64,000 nt of DNA. Source: Selaginella moellendorffii (Eukaryota; Plantae; Lycopodiophyta). The notes below the pieces were generated by a model. That model searched no databases. It was not told where the DNA came from and saw nothing but the letters and a program-made list of their open reading frames with translations. Shown piece after piece: positions 1 through 12,879 of this stretch; the stretch's first letter is position 1; each line of letters opens with the position of its first letter. The position numbers were made by a program, and so were the translations under genes. The stretch covers positions 882,645 through 946,644 of the forward strand of contig NW_003314298.1 in assembly GCF_000143415.4 (NCBI RefSeq), read 5' to 3'.

Positions 1-1138
1 AAAAGTAGAAGCAGATGGATAAAAAAGAATAAAAGTAAGAAGAATGGAAAAACCATAAGGAAGTATAAGACAAAGGGGAAAAACCTTAAAGTGTTGTGAA
101 TGTGATTGTAGGTATAAAAAATTACTTGTTAGCTAATCTTTTTTGGATATTCTTTTCTTACTGCCACAATGGCAAGAGGTTGGTATTGCTAGACCCTTTA
201 TCAGTCCCACTTTTAAGATGGTCAAAGTGCATGTAAATTATTAGAAAACTTGTTAAATTCATTATTCTATTCTGTCTTAGCAATGTTTATATATCTGATA
301 TTTTATTTAATTTTTCTTTTCTCTTATAGTTGATGATAAATTGCATAAAAGGATTAATAAATATTAAGAAAACCTTCTAAAATGTAAAAAGTTTTGGACT
401 TTATATTTAATAAACACTTTTTGTTTCTCTAATTTCAAATAGGAACTAGAATAAAGGTTTATTTTTTCAGATCCAGATGCATAAAAATACTTTACTTGCT
501 GTTATAGAAATTTTACTTTCTCTAGTTTATGAGCACAAAAGCCTACTCAAGAGTGTCCAATTTGAGCTTAATGAAAGGATACTTCATGCAGCACTACTAA
601 AAAATCTCATCATGCTAACAAATTCTTTGACAAGCTCTTTCAAATGCATTTTGACAAGGCATTTGATGGGTAGTGCCTATCAGAATTTAAGAGAGTTTGT
701 CAAAGACCTCAACTATATGACTAGACACTCTTAGACATCTTGCTTTTAATAATATTCATTAATCCTCTTATGTAATTTATCATCAGCCATAAGAGAAAAA
801 CAACTTAAATAAAAGATCATATATATGAACATTGCTAAGATAGAATAGAATGATGAATCTAACAACTTTTCTGATAGTTTACTTGCACTTTGACCATAGT
901 TTAGATCAAATGATTTTAGAGTAATTTCTTATTTTTGGTTTGCCTAAGTAAACCTGTAGAGATGGTAATGGATAAACCTAGAATATGCTTAGATATTCTA
1001 GAATATTTTACCATTTAAAATTTTTTATTCATTTAAATTAATCTTGTATTTATAATATATAAACTTTTTCCAGTATATTATTTTTATTCTACCATCTAAT
1101 GGTTGATATACAATAAGATTAATCTTGTGTTTATAAAT

Positions 1139-1140
<2 letters not shown>

Positions 1141-1177
<37 letters not shown>
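1141..1177. repeat. (AT)n(GT)n microsatellite
   Basis: Direct dinucleotide run. Confidence 0.9.
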
Positions 1178-1178
<1 letters not shown>

Positions 1179-1481
1179 TTATAATTATAAAATTTTATTT
1201 GATCAATTGGATTAATAAATAAGAATATTAAGCAAACCAAACATTGGTATATGCAACTCATAGAAAATTATTATTAAAGATGTTTAACAATTACAAAAGT
1301 ATAGCTTTGAGGTCAAAGTGTACAGCTACAATACCATATACTAATATTAATATAGTAGGATTTTGATAGCTGTCAGATTAGTTTCAATTTGAACCACTTG
1401 CTATTATATATAAGCTAGGGTTTTTGGGCTAATGAATATACACATTTCTATATTTTATTTCTATATTCCATACACTCACAT

Positions 1482-1499
1482 TGGTGGAGATGAGGAGTA
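1482..1499 (+). promoter_or_regulatory. Primer-binding site (tRNA-Ala-like) of a degenerate LTR retrotransposon; LTR ends at CA 1479-1480
   Basis: ...CACTCACA T TGGTGGAGATGAGGAGTA matches the complement of the plant tRNA-Ala 3' end (TGGTGGAGATGCGGGGTA) with 2 mismatches. It is followed by a decayed gag-like start at ~1634. Confidence 0.55.
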
Positions 1500-1766
1500 G
1501 CTTTGATAGTTTCTAAGGAGTGCTTGAATTTGGGATTTTGGTTCAGATCTAACTCTTGCATCATCTAGATTTCCTTTTCTTTATAGGTTTTTCAATTTCT
1601 TCTTTTTTGCCTTTTTCCTTTTCATTAATCTTCATGGCAGAGCAACAACCTCCTCCTCATTTGACTCTGAAGCAATAGTTGGTGCATTTTCTTAATGCTA
1701 TGTAGTTGTAATTGAATAATTAGATTTAATTGATGGCAGCATTTACAACGCATGGTATAACTCATT

Positions 1767-1890
1767 TAAGCTCTATTTCGTTAAAGTGGGAATTGTCATT
1801 ATCCCACTTGTAAAATAAGGTTTCCAAACCTTTATATAGTATATAAATATAACAAAATTCAACTGCATTGAGGCACATGCCATTTTATTT
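1767..1890. mobile_element. Short non-TIR insertion, family member 1 (same termini as 37787-38358)
   Basis: Starts TAAGCTCTATTTCGTTAAAGTGGGA (identical to 37787-37811) and ends GGCACATGCCATTTTATTT (identical to 38340-38358). Subterminal hairpin AAGTGGGA...TCCCACTT. Confidence 0.55.
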
Positions 1891-2088
1891 TAAACAAGGA
1901 AATGTCTACTCAATCACTTCTCCTCCCCCTACCATTGCTTCACCTCTCTCTTCTCCTTGTCATCGTCGTCCAATTTCTTTCCATCCTTTTAATATTGGCT
2001 TAGTTGCTCCGAGTCTAGGTGGAGCCCAAGTCCCCATTCAATCTTTACTTTCCCCTTATTAATAAAACAACTTTGTAGACTTCCAATA

Positions 2089-5000
2089 ACATGCTGTAAC
2101 ACTTCTAGTATAATGCAAATCCTCTCAAAGAATTGTCTTTTAATATTAATACAATGGCATAGAACCCCATGCCATAATAAGCTACATTTTTAAATAAATA
2201 CATGCCATCTCAGACTGTTATTTTTTGCCTCCAACGCCTATACAATAATCTTGGAATTTCATCACTCTCCACACTATCAGGATTTAAACCCAATAGTAAT
2301 GCCATCTCTTCTCTAATACGTCCACGCTCATGTTCAGTGGTCGAAGAACCCATCCGGTTGAGCAGATTATGGAGATGCGGATAGTGCTTGGCTAGACAAT
2401 ATACATGCCATAAATGATGACTGGTGTCTGTCCGATCAAATGGCTTCTGATATACCATTCCATCTGCCATTTGGTTGATTTCCGCAGCCACCTCCTGGAC
2501 TGGCCGGTTCTCTATCACCATTGCTCCAAGCCGTTTTGCAAGGTCCCCCAGAACATACGGTTTCTTCTCCCTAGTTTCCATACTGCAAGAGATGGTGCAC
2601 TGCATATGTGTGCGCGTTCGCTGCAGTTTTAATCGGCGAGTCATCGATGATGAGGATTTCACTTGACCTAGCAGTCCGGTTCATCACTACAGCCTCTGGC
2701 TTGACGAAGATGGGCTTGCTACCCCTCACATGGACCATAGTCAAGCAATCCTCCTGCGTTAGGAGAAAGTCAAATGGTAATATTACTCGCGTCTGATCGT
2801 GCATCATCTGTAGCAACGTTAATGCATTGTGGCGCATCATGGATGTCCAAACTCCCAATTGCAAATTGAACCCAGCCCTCTGTTTTAAGTGTCGCATGGT
2901 CATTATTAGATCCCGCAGTTTCTCCCGTGTGATTAATGTGAATCTGTCTCTTTTGACCAACTTGCGACCGCAGGCTTTGGAGGGTGCAATGACATTCGAG
3001 GACGAGCCACGCTCATGGGAGAAAAGGACACCGTTTAGATAAAAAACGATACAGTACCTTCGCCGTGACTCTGAAATGAAATGCGTCGGCATAAAAAATG
3101 GTACAAGTCAATTTTACCATCTACAATATTAGCGAATGGTGCTCTCGATGGTCGTTGAGAGGGTTTTGGTCGAGGAAACGTGAAGGGCGGAAATACTCTC
3201 CTCTGCAATGTGGGGTCAATCGCATCCGATAGCGTGTGGGCACATGCCATTTCAGCTGTAGACTCTGGTACAACTGGCTCAACAGTGGCATGGGGTGGTT
3301 CCGATGGCGTGTGATCACACGCCATTTCAGCTGGTGCCTCCGTTGGCAAAGTGGACATGACCGAACAGGCAGCAGGGGCGGTGTAGGGAGGTTCCAACAG
3401 CGCGTAGTCAGACGATTGGGCACACATTGAGTCCGTTGGAAATGAGGATACGACCGGCTCAGCGGCTGAGGCGGCCTCATGTGGGTCCAATGGCGCCTGG
3501 TCACCGTCAGTTGGATATGTGGACAAGATTGACTTAGTGGTATGGGCAGCATCAAGTGGAGTGTGGTCAGCTTGCTTGGCGTTGATATGGATAGTAGCCT
3601 CCACCAGCTCTGATGACTCTTGCAGGCAAGTAGAGTCCAGTGGTGGATCCATATGCATGTCCAAATATCTCCCTTCGATTGAGATGGTATCCTCCCTACT
3701 GGCTACTAAAAACAAACTCATTAGCACATTGAATCGACTATACTGTATTTACCATCAACTGCTATTGAGGAACTAGGACCGATATCACTTGGGCGCACTG
3801 CTGATTCTGAAGGATTGGACATACGTTTTGACCCTTGCTTGGCACTATCCTTCCTCGACACTAAAGGCTAGAGTTTGTAAATTCACTTGAATAATATCTA
3901 CTTACCATTTGCTCTGCAACCTACATGGATAATGTTAGAAATGGTAAAAGGTTAGGAATGGATGTACTATTATTTACCTGATGGTTTGTCTTGTATGACC
4001 TTCCTCTGCTGCTCTTTGGCCACCTCAGGCTGGCCATCGTCGTCATCATCGTCATCGTCGTTATTGTGATCGTCACCATTGTGAGGACCATCCAAGTCCT
4101 CTTCGTCCTCCTCTTCTTTGTCCTCCTCTTCGTCCTTCTACTCTTCCTGCTCATTATCTTTCTCTGGCTCCTCATCCCCCTCCTGCATTTCTTCCATAGG
4201 CTGCTCAGGCTGGATGGCTTGTTCTTCCAGGACCATCTTGGGAAAATCATCTGGCCGAGTCTCCATCTCAAAATACAAGACATCCATAGCCTGTTTTAGT
4301 GCGTGACCGGCCCTGACTTGAAAAGCATCCCTCATCCATTGTACCTCTCCATTGAGATTGGGGAAGGGGAGTCTGCCATAGGAATCTGAGTCAGGAGGTG
4401 GTGACTGCCTGCTTTCACTCAGCCCTTGATCTGCAATGAATGGCATGAGCACACACGCCATAACCGCGAGGCATTACCTATCATCTTTTCGTTGCCCTTC
4501 TTCCTTTTTGAATCAAATGCCTCTGATCCCGACAACTGTCTAACGTGCTTTTGCTTTTTATGACCACTGTCAGTTTGAGCTTGGCTGGTGCTTGCCTGTT
4601 TTGCCTTTGAAGAAGTGTCTCTTGCAAGGAATGGCATGAGACCACACGCCATTGCAAATATAATTTGTACCTCCTTTTTTCCTATTGCTTGTCTGTTTGT
4701 CCTTCTTCGACGCGCCACCAGTGCGCTTTTCAGTCCTCGTGTCTGAATATTCACAACAATCTATAATCAAAATGGCGTGAGGCCTCACGTGACCTTACCT
4801 TGTGCAGGTTGTGAGCTCGGCCCAACATGGGTATCTTCAACAGTAGCTGTTAACGCCGTTTCAGCATCTGGGGGTGGCCACGCTCCTGCATACAGAGCTT
4901 GTGAGATAACATTTAAACTTAAAGTGCGTACTCACCAGGTTCGCAGAGAAGATACTGTTTTTCTTTGGCAACTGTAATTATATGCTCCATTGAAGTCACC

Positions 5001-7860
5001 TCTTCAATGGAGTTTGTCACCGCAACACACGGGACACCCTTGAGTAGTGCGGCTCGAAAGAATAGTCTGCCGTAGTTGTACTCGACAACGCATTTGCCCT
5101 TGGAGTCGGAAGTAGGTGACCCACCCGCTATTGCGTTGAAGACCCAGCTGAGCATTTCCCATGCTGCACCTGGAGCTTTCTTTGGATTCGAAAGCTCCAT
5201 AGCCGTCTTCAGTTCCTCAGGCATGGGTAAATGGACCTCCCTTAGATCAATTCGATCGGCCTTGTCGAACGAAGCTGGGAAGTCACTCCAGTCCCACTCT
5301 GCTGCAAGACCAATAACAAGGGCGAGTGTGAAGATGCGGACATTCGTCGGTATCTTCTTCTTAGCCATTATCCCATGGATCTCCCGCATCTCCTTGCCTT
5401 TCAACCGAGCCTTCACCTCGTTCAAGGCCTTCCAGAACTTGTGATAGGATTCGGAGTCGTAGATCATATAGTGGACTGAAGATTCCACCTCCGCAAGTCC
5501 CACCATTAAGTCAATGATGGAGCTGACTTTGTTTGCATGAGTGATCTCCTCGTTTGTGAAGTCCATCACACAAAAGATGTTCTTGACTTGCTCATCTCCG
5601 CGGGAAACGATGCTCCTCCACCTTTGATCCTCATCCGAATTCAAGTATACCCGGTAAGGTTATCGATAGGCCTCTGCTGCGGGGTCGAGCTGTTTCTGAA
5701 GCCGGTGGTCAACATCACTCTTAATGAAATTTGGATACTGATCCAACTTCTCAGCTTTACTTTTCGTGGCATCCCGCAGCAGATCGATGAACTTGGGGGC
5801 CCCCTTCACGTACTCGTCGATGTCTTCGTTTGACAACTCTAGCGCTTCCATCATCTCTTGCGTGGTGTCGATGCTCACCCTCTCCACGGCCACTTGCTCG
5901 AAGATCCAATCCTTCAATAGCGCACGAGCTCTCAGAGTCGTGCACAAGTCCTCGTATGTCACAATATGGCCGGGAGTCATTTTGGTCTTGTTGAAGACTA
6001 CCTCACCACGTAGAAGAGCATTAGCCACTGTCAGAAGGTCGTCGTCGTCTAGAGACTGCGAGAAACGCAAGGCGTTGAGCTTTAAATCATTGGGCTTTCG
6101 GCCGTCCTCCACACCCATTGAGTTTAGTAACTCCCCGTCATGGTACCTCCTCAGCACATCTACCCATTTGTCAAAAACAACTTTTGTCGCGAGTAGAATG
6201 TTATGGATGCTGAGTGTGTCATTGACCCTCAGTGTTTTCGAGAGAAGACTCGAGAATTCCTGCAATGGAAATGGCGTGAGGCCACATGCTATGCCACATG
6301 CAACGAGGCTTACCTGCTAGGCGCTAGTTGCTAGTGCACGTCCTTGTCCTGGTTTTTGTGGCTTCTTCAGTTGAACCCAGAGCTTCCGTGTTCGTGCCAA
6401 TGTCTCGTGCAGACCCGATTTGTAGCACGTTTCTTGCTTGACATTCTGCGTGTGGGAGATGTATATGATAGATCGGAGGGGCGAGTTGCCTTTTATCAGG
6501 CGGACAACTCTTGTCTTGAAGACTTTCTTCACCTCCTCGCCTACCATAATATCCACAACTATCTCTTGCATCGCCAAGCTAGAATGCTGCCCGGAGACGG
6601 CATAGAACCGGATGTTCTGATGGTCCAACACCTTCCTATTGATCAAGTCTGGAAACCTCGTCTCGCCCTTCATTGTTCGGTAGTAGGGGATCACGTTTGC
6701 GATGTCGGGTGTTACTAGACTTGCCAGCATCTTCTGCTTCAGTTTCTCCACCCACTCATCAGATACTAGCCTGTGGTTGTATTTGCTTTGGATGTCGATA
6801 CGGCTTACGTCGATTGTATATACTTTGTTGGAATAGTAACAAGTACTATTATCTACGACAATTTTTCCTGCCTCTTCTTGCTCTTTCTGCTCTTTGCGGC
6901 TCTTCTTTTTGGTGGGTGTAGTGTTCGAACCCGAGGCAATGGCATCACCGAGTAGCTTCTTTTTTGGAGCAGGAGAGTCGGACGTCGGCTTGAGCTTGAC
7001 CACCCTTTTCTGCTTCGGGGTAGTTTCCAGATCGACCCCCTTCCCCTTCGCTTCGCGAACTGGAGGCACTCTCAACGGCTCAATGTTGGAATATAGTTTT
7101 TGAACATCGCCGTAGGTGAGGTCCGTGGATTCCATGTGATCTTCATAGACCCGCAGCATCTTTGAAATTGTGGGCCTCCTGGACAACCTCTCCCTAGCTC
7201 CCTCTAGGAATTCCTCATAGCCGCTGCCCCCCTCCGGGAAGCCGCTAGGATGTGCAAGGTGGATCTTGAAGGCGGACGCTGTCTCTACCACAAGTGCCAG
7301 TCCATATTCTTGCATGGAACTGCATGGAGTGTCTGTCACTTGGATGAGGATCCCCATGCATTCTTTTCTCCCACCATCTGTGTTGTACAGCCTCAGATCC
7401 TTGCCTTCCATCCCGAAAGTCCAACTGGTGAGCTCCTCCCCCTTCTCTGCATCCACATTGACAGTGGCTGGAAGAAGAACGCAATTCCTCGCCTGTTCAG
7501 AAATGCACAACAATTAGAGCTGGCAGATGAAAAGCTAGCAGCTGGAAATAACGTGAGGCCACACGCCATTCACCACTGCATCAGATGTCTTGAGGCTGCA
7601 TCCTAAGATGGCGTGAGGCTACACGCCATCTGTAACCGGACTGCACTCGAGAGCCCAATTGGTGCATGCCAATGTTGCTACTAAATGGCATGTGGCCTCA
7701 TGCCATTTTCTACTTGGCCTAAAAGACTTACCATTTGAAGCCGAATGGAGGCGTGACAATCGAGGCCGGACTCGCTGGCGAATGTGCACTGTGTGTGCAG
7801 CGGATCGGAGCAGCAAGGCTACTCTGCCACTTACAGTTGGAGAGTGGCGCTGAAATCTCC
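2089..7860. mobile_element. Putative DNA element, left part, carrying the ParB-like gene; probable right end at 12255-12879
   Basis: ACATGCTGTAACA (2089-2101) is an 11/13 inverted match to 12867-12879, where the Tat integrase frame is cut. Both ends have the 22-bp palindrome subterminally (2154, 12778). Confidence 0.45.
2210..7734 (-). pseudogene. Multi-exon gene: ParB/Srx-like domain, degenerate DNA methyltransferase-like region, acidic/low-complexity C-terminal half
   Basis: ORFs 6317-7513, 5660-6265 and 4919-5644 join through the GT-AG intron 6260-6313 and read-through of single stops. ParB-like motifs IDVSRIDIQSKYNHR and FYAVSGQHSSLA. Further ~50-nt introns at ~4887-4935, ~4744-4798, ~4620-4670 and ~4431-4477. 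Probable start ATG|GTAAG at ~7734. The 3' exon structure (2210-3980) is tentative. Confidence 0.6.
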
Positions 7861-9192
7861 CAGGACGCCAAGTGGGCTGAGGAAGATGTCGAGAAGACAA
7901 CCTGTTGAACGAGGTATGGGAGCTTTGAGTTTCTGGTGATGCCCTTCGGGCTATGTAATGCGCCGGCAACGTTTTCGGCGCTAATGAACCACATCTTTGT
8001 ACCCTATCTGGATCACTTCGTGGTCGTCTATATAGACAACATCCTGATCTATAGCGAGACGCTAGAGGAGCATGCCGAACACTTGGTGAAGGTGTTTGAG
8101 AAACTAAGCGAACACAAGCTGTATGCTAAAGAGAGCAAATGTGACTTTGCTCAACAAGAGGTAAAGTTTCTCGGGCATGTGGTGGGCCAGGACGGGCTCA
8201 AGGTGGACCCGGAGAAGGTCCAAGCGATCCAGGAATGGGAGCGACCAGCCAATGTACACAAGTTGAGGGCATTCCTAGGGCTATGCAACTACTATCAAAA
8301 GTTTATCAGACACGATTCGAGAGTAGCCCTGCCCTTAACGGACCAAACAGGAAAAGGGAAGATGGTGTGGACAGCGGAATGCGAGGCGGCATTCGTCCAC
8401 CTCAAAGGGAAGTTGAGGAAGGCTCCCGTATTGGCATTACCAGACTTTGGTAAGGACTTTGAGGTAGAAACGGATGCTTCGGACTTTGCGTTGGGCGCAG
8501 TTTTGAAGCAAGACAACCATCCAGTAGCGTTCTTCTCAAAGAAGCTGGACAAGGCTCAACGGAAGTGGCCTGCCCATGAGAAGGAATTGTTTGCGGTGGT
8601 CAAAGTGCTCAAGGAGTGGCGACACTACCTTGGGAGACACTTCAAGGTTTACACGGACAATGTGGCAACGAAACACTTCTTGTCACAGCCCGACATAAGA
8701 GGGAAACAAGGTCGGTGGGCCAATGCCTTGGCCGAGTTTGATTGCGAAATTCTGTACAAGCCTGGGAAGAGCAACATCGTGGCGGATGCGCTAAGTCGAA
8801 AAGCGAGCTTGAGGTTGGCAATATCCAGCGCAACAGCAACCTTCTGGGACGATGTGTGGACAGCATATGAGAATGATGGTCTAGCACAGAAAGTGTTGCT
8901 GAGGAATCTAGAGGCGCGGGAAGCTCACCAGAGAGGTGAGCTGCCAACGGAAGAGAAAACGGGCTATGCGGAACGCAACGGACTCATTTATTACAAGCAA
9001 ACGAGGGTGTATGTTCCAGAAGGGGAACTAAGGAAGGTGGCCTTAGAAGAGTGTCATGACGGACCTCTTGCGGGACACGGTGGAGTGCCCAAGACGATGG
9101 GCTTACTCAAAAGGAAGTACCATTGGCCAGATATGGCTAAGGACGTCCAAGACTATGTAAAGACATGTCCAACATGTCAGTAGGTAAAAGCT

Positions 9193-9364
<172 letters not shown>

Positions 9365-9706
9365 TGAAGAGTGGGGGCTTGTTGCAAAGCATCCCAATTC
9401 TAGATCGCCCGTGGAAATGTCTTACGATGGACTTCATCACGGGACTCCCCCCAAGCGAGGGGTTTGATGCGATATTCGTGGTGGTGGACCGATTTTTGAA
9501 AATGGCACACTTCATACCCACCACAACGGAGGTGGATGCGGAAGGTGTGGCAAAGCTGTTCTTCGAACAAGTGGTTCGAGTGCGGGGAAGACCGGAAGAG
9601 ATCATCTTAGACCGAGATAAGATCTTCACCAGTAGGTTCTGGAGGACTCTCCTGGAACAGTATCGCACCAAGTTGAAATTCAGCACATCCTATCACCCAC
9701 AGACAG

Positions 9707-9752
9707 GTATGGGGTATTGAGTCAAGTTGTTGGCACTAACACTTCTTGACAG
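9707..9752 (+). other. Spliceosomal intron 2 in integrase (46 nt)
   Basis: GTATGG...CTAAC...TTGACAG. Removal restores the conserved YHPQTDGQTERVN. Confidence 0.9.
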
Positions 9753-10169
9753 ACGGACAAACGGAAAGGGTGAATAGGCAGCTGGAGGATTATTTGCGAT
9801 GTTATGTCTCGGGAGACCAGACAGATTGGGTAAGTCATTTGGGACTTGCGGAGATGTGTTATAACAACTCACCACATTCGAGTATCGGGGTGAGTCCATG
9901 GGAAGTCATCAATGGGCGAGCTATTGAAGGTCCTGTGGAACTCGGTGTGGCCGAGTATCATGGAGAGTTGCCCGCAATGGAGGCATTCACGGCGGAAAGA
10001 CTCAGCATTTGGAATTTAGTGAGGGATTCCTTGGAACGGGCTCAACAAAGGCAAACCAAATACGCGAACCAGAAGCGCGGGATGTAGAGTTCCAAGCTGG
10101 GGAGAAGGTGTGGCTGAACACCATGAACCTTAGACTACCAAGTGGGATCAGCCGAAAGTTGACCCAAAG

Positions 10170-10221
10170 GTAAAGATGCATGTATTTCTGTAAATGAATT
10201 GATCTTGAGTTCCTTAAGCAG
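10170..10221 (+). other. Spliceosomal intron 3 in integrase (52 nt)
   Basis: GTAAAG...AAGCAG. Removal restores RKLTQRFAGPYEI (GPY/F motif). Confidence 0.85.
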
Positions 10222-11006
10222 GTTCGCGGGGCCTTACGAGATTGAGGCACGAATCGGTAAAGTGGCTTACTGACTCCGACTTCCTCGAGAGATGGGGAAG
10301 ATGCACCCAGTGTTCCACGTGAACTTACTCAAGTCGTACTTTGAGGATCCGCTTCGCAAGGACCAAGTGAGACCTTTACCTGAGGTTATCCAAGGGGAAG
10401 AGGAATACGAAGTCGAGGCCATCCTCAATGCGCGCAAGAGCAAGCGACAAGGACGCGAGGTGAGAGAGTTCCATGTGAAGTGGAAAGGATTTCCACACTG
10501 CGAAGCAACATGGGAACCGGAGGAGAACCTAGCGAACGCGCGAGATCTAGTGGAGGAATTTCTGCAAGGCAGAACTCTATGTACTTATGCAAAATTCAAT
10601 CAAAAATATCAATTTGCAAAGTTGAGCAAGTGGCATATGTTGGGACCCAAAGGCGCGCCAAAGGTAAGCTAATTAGCATGGGTTGGATAGGTCGACTAGG
10701 CGTAGGGCACTACGCTCGACTCCCCGCGGGGATGTCGAATCCGTAGACATATTCTACGGAAGTTGGGTTCGAGTCCCAACTCCCTAGTAAAGCAAGGGTG
10801 GGTTCAAGTCCCGACCCCATACTAGGGCGTGGTGAGGTGAGGAGTATAGGGACACCTATATTCCGTTGTCATGGGCTCTTGGCCGGGGAGGCTAACTTAG
10901 GCACACCGCTAAGTGGGGGGATGCCCCCGGAGACATGGTCAACAAGTCATAGGATAAAATGAGACGTTCGATATGGGCATCGAACTTCTTCTATGGGTGG
11001 TGGAGT

Positions 11007-12254
11007 TGTAAGGAACCGACTCCCCGAGATGTCGTAGGCTAAAGGATCCCCAAAAGCTTGACCGAAATGACAAAGAGTTCATCGGATGGGACCAAGTCGA
11101 GGATCGAGTCCAAGACCAACTCTAGGACCGAGTTCAAGATAGAGTCCGGAATCGAGTCCGAGACCGACTCGAGGACCGAGTTCGAGTCCAAGTTCGAGAC
11201 CGAGTTCGAGACCGAGTCCGAGATCTGAAATTGGGTCCGAAGCCCGAGTTCCGGACTAATGTCCAAATACTTAATACAGCTCAAGGGGGTGAAAGCCACA
11301 AAGGCGTGCGTCTCCCAGGGGGGGGGGGGGGGGGGCTGCAGGGGGTCCGAGATNNNNNNNNNNNNNNNNNNNNNNNNNNNNNNNNNNNNNNNNNNNNNNN
11401 NNNNNNNNNNNNNNNNNNNNNNNNNNNNNNNNNNNNNNNNNNNNNNNNNNNNNATACTAATACGGGTCAAGGGGTGAAAGCCCAAAGCGTGCGTCTCCCA
11501 GGGGGGGGGGGGGGGGGGCTGCAGGGGGTTCCAAAAGTATAGTAGGGATAGTGAGGTCCAAGAACCAGGTCTTGAAGGAACTCTCCAGTGGTGCTTCCAA
11601 ACTGACTTGAGGTTGAGACTGGGGCCGAGGGGCCTTGGGTGGGAGTGAGCATGGGCCTGAGTGGTGCCGGAGGGGCCACCCAGGGAAGTGCTCAAGAGCA
11701 GCTCCCACTCCCGAAAGGGAAACCGACTGCGGTGCTCCCGGCTCAGGTGGAGTGGTGCCCCACTTGAGTACCTTGTGGCTCATTGGTCCTCGCCCTTCCT
11801 AGGGGCTTGGGCCTTCCCTTCGGGATGGAAGTGGGGGGGTAGAGGTACCCATACCGGGCCGTTAGGCCATGGTGTTTCGCCCCGACGTCCCGAAGCAAGT
11901 GCTGCACCCAAGGCTTGGGATTTAGAGGGTCCTATGATCAAGTCTTGTGGTACCTTGGGGTGTTAAGAATCTGGAGGCTTGGTGTGCTTGGCTGCTTGTG
12001 CCTGCAGGGAGTGTAGCCGAACCTTAAGTCCAGTCTAACCCGGGGAGGGGGATTGGGAGAGATTTGGGAATCCGTAGATGGATGGCTAACACTCCGTTGC
12101 TCGTGCAGTGAGTAGCTGAAACCAAGTAGGACAAAGTAGGAGCTAGTACCATAGGCGAGAACCTTGGCGAGGGAACTTAGCACAAGCCAAGGCAGAGTTG
12201 GTCGGATAGTCGAGGTAAGCGGGCAAATTGGAAAGGAAAAATTTGTGGCTTACA
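11007..12254 (+). repeat. 3' LTR of the chromovirus (contains a 100-N assembly gap at 11354-11453)
   Basis: TGTAAG...CTTACA inverted termini directly after the PPT. Internal GAGTCC/GAGACC-type short repeats at 11090-11230. Confidence 0.8.
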
Positions 12255-12879
12255 ACCCTCTCTATTGAAATGTGTTTATGGTCCTAGGGGCATTGTGACA
12301 TATCAAAGGATTTTGCATCAAGTTCTGTATTTGCATGTTTATCAAGCTACTGAATTGCAAAACCCTAAACATGTGGCAAATGCTGCGTGAAGAAAGATGC
12401 CCTTTCTGGGCAAATGCTGTAAGAGGCAGATGCTGAGCAGATGTATCTCAGGCTAGCGAAGGGGACAAACGAAAGCTAGCTATAAACATGATGGGATGCA
12501 AATAGATTACTAGGCTGGTCCTGCGAAAATCAAAATCCATAATTGAAAACATTGAAAATGCAAAAAGAAAGGTTTATAATATTTTTGAATTTTAAGCAAC
12601 CAAAGGAATGTAAGTAGGGCATGTGTTTGTAAGTTTAAAAATGCCTCAACCACTTAAATTCCCAAGTAAATAAAGTTGTTTCTATTTTTGGTACAAGTAA
12701 ACTTTATAGCGTGTGGGCTCATGCAATTTTGAACCCAAAAATGCACCAAAAAATGCTCGACTAGCATTATTCTTTGAATGGCGTGTGGCCTTATATTGCC
12801 ATAAATGGACGTACACACACAACATAATTATTCCTTTACACGGCAAATAATTTTGGCGCGGATCGCTGACACAGCATGT

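Noticed and set aside
477-734. 85-aa ORF
   Set aside because: No motif; lies in decayed AT-rich retroelement-like sequence.
11275-11535. Duplicated G-run block around the N gap
   Set aside because: It flanks a 100-N assembly gap, so a real duplication cannot be told from contig overlap.
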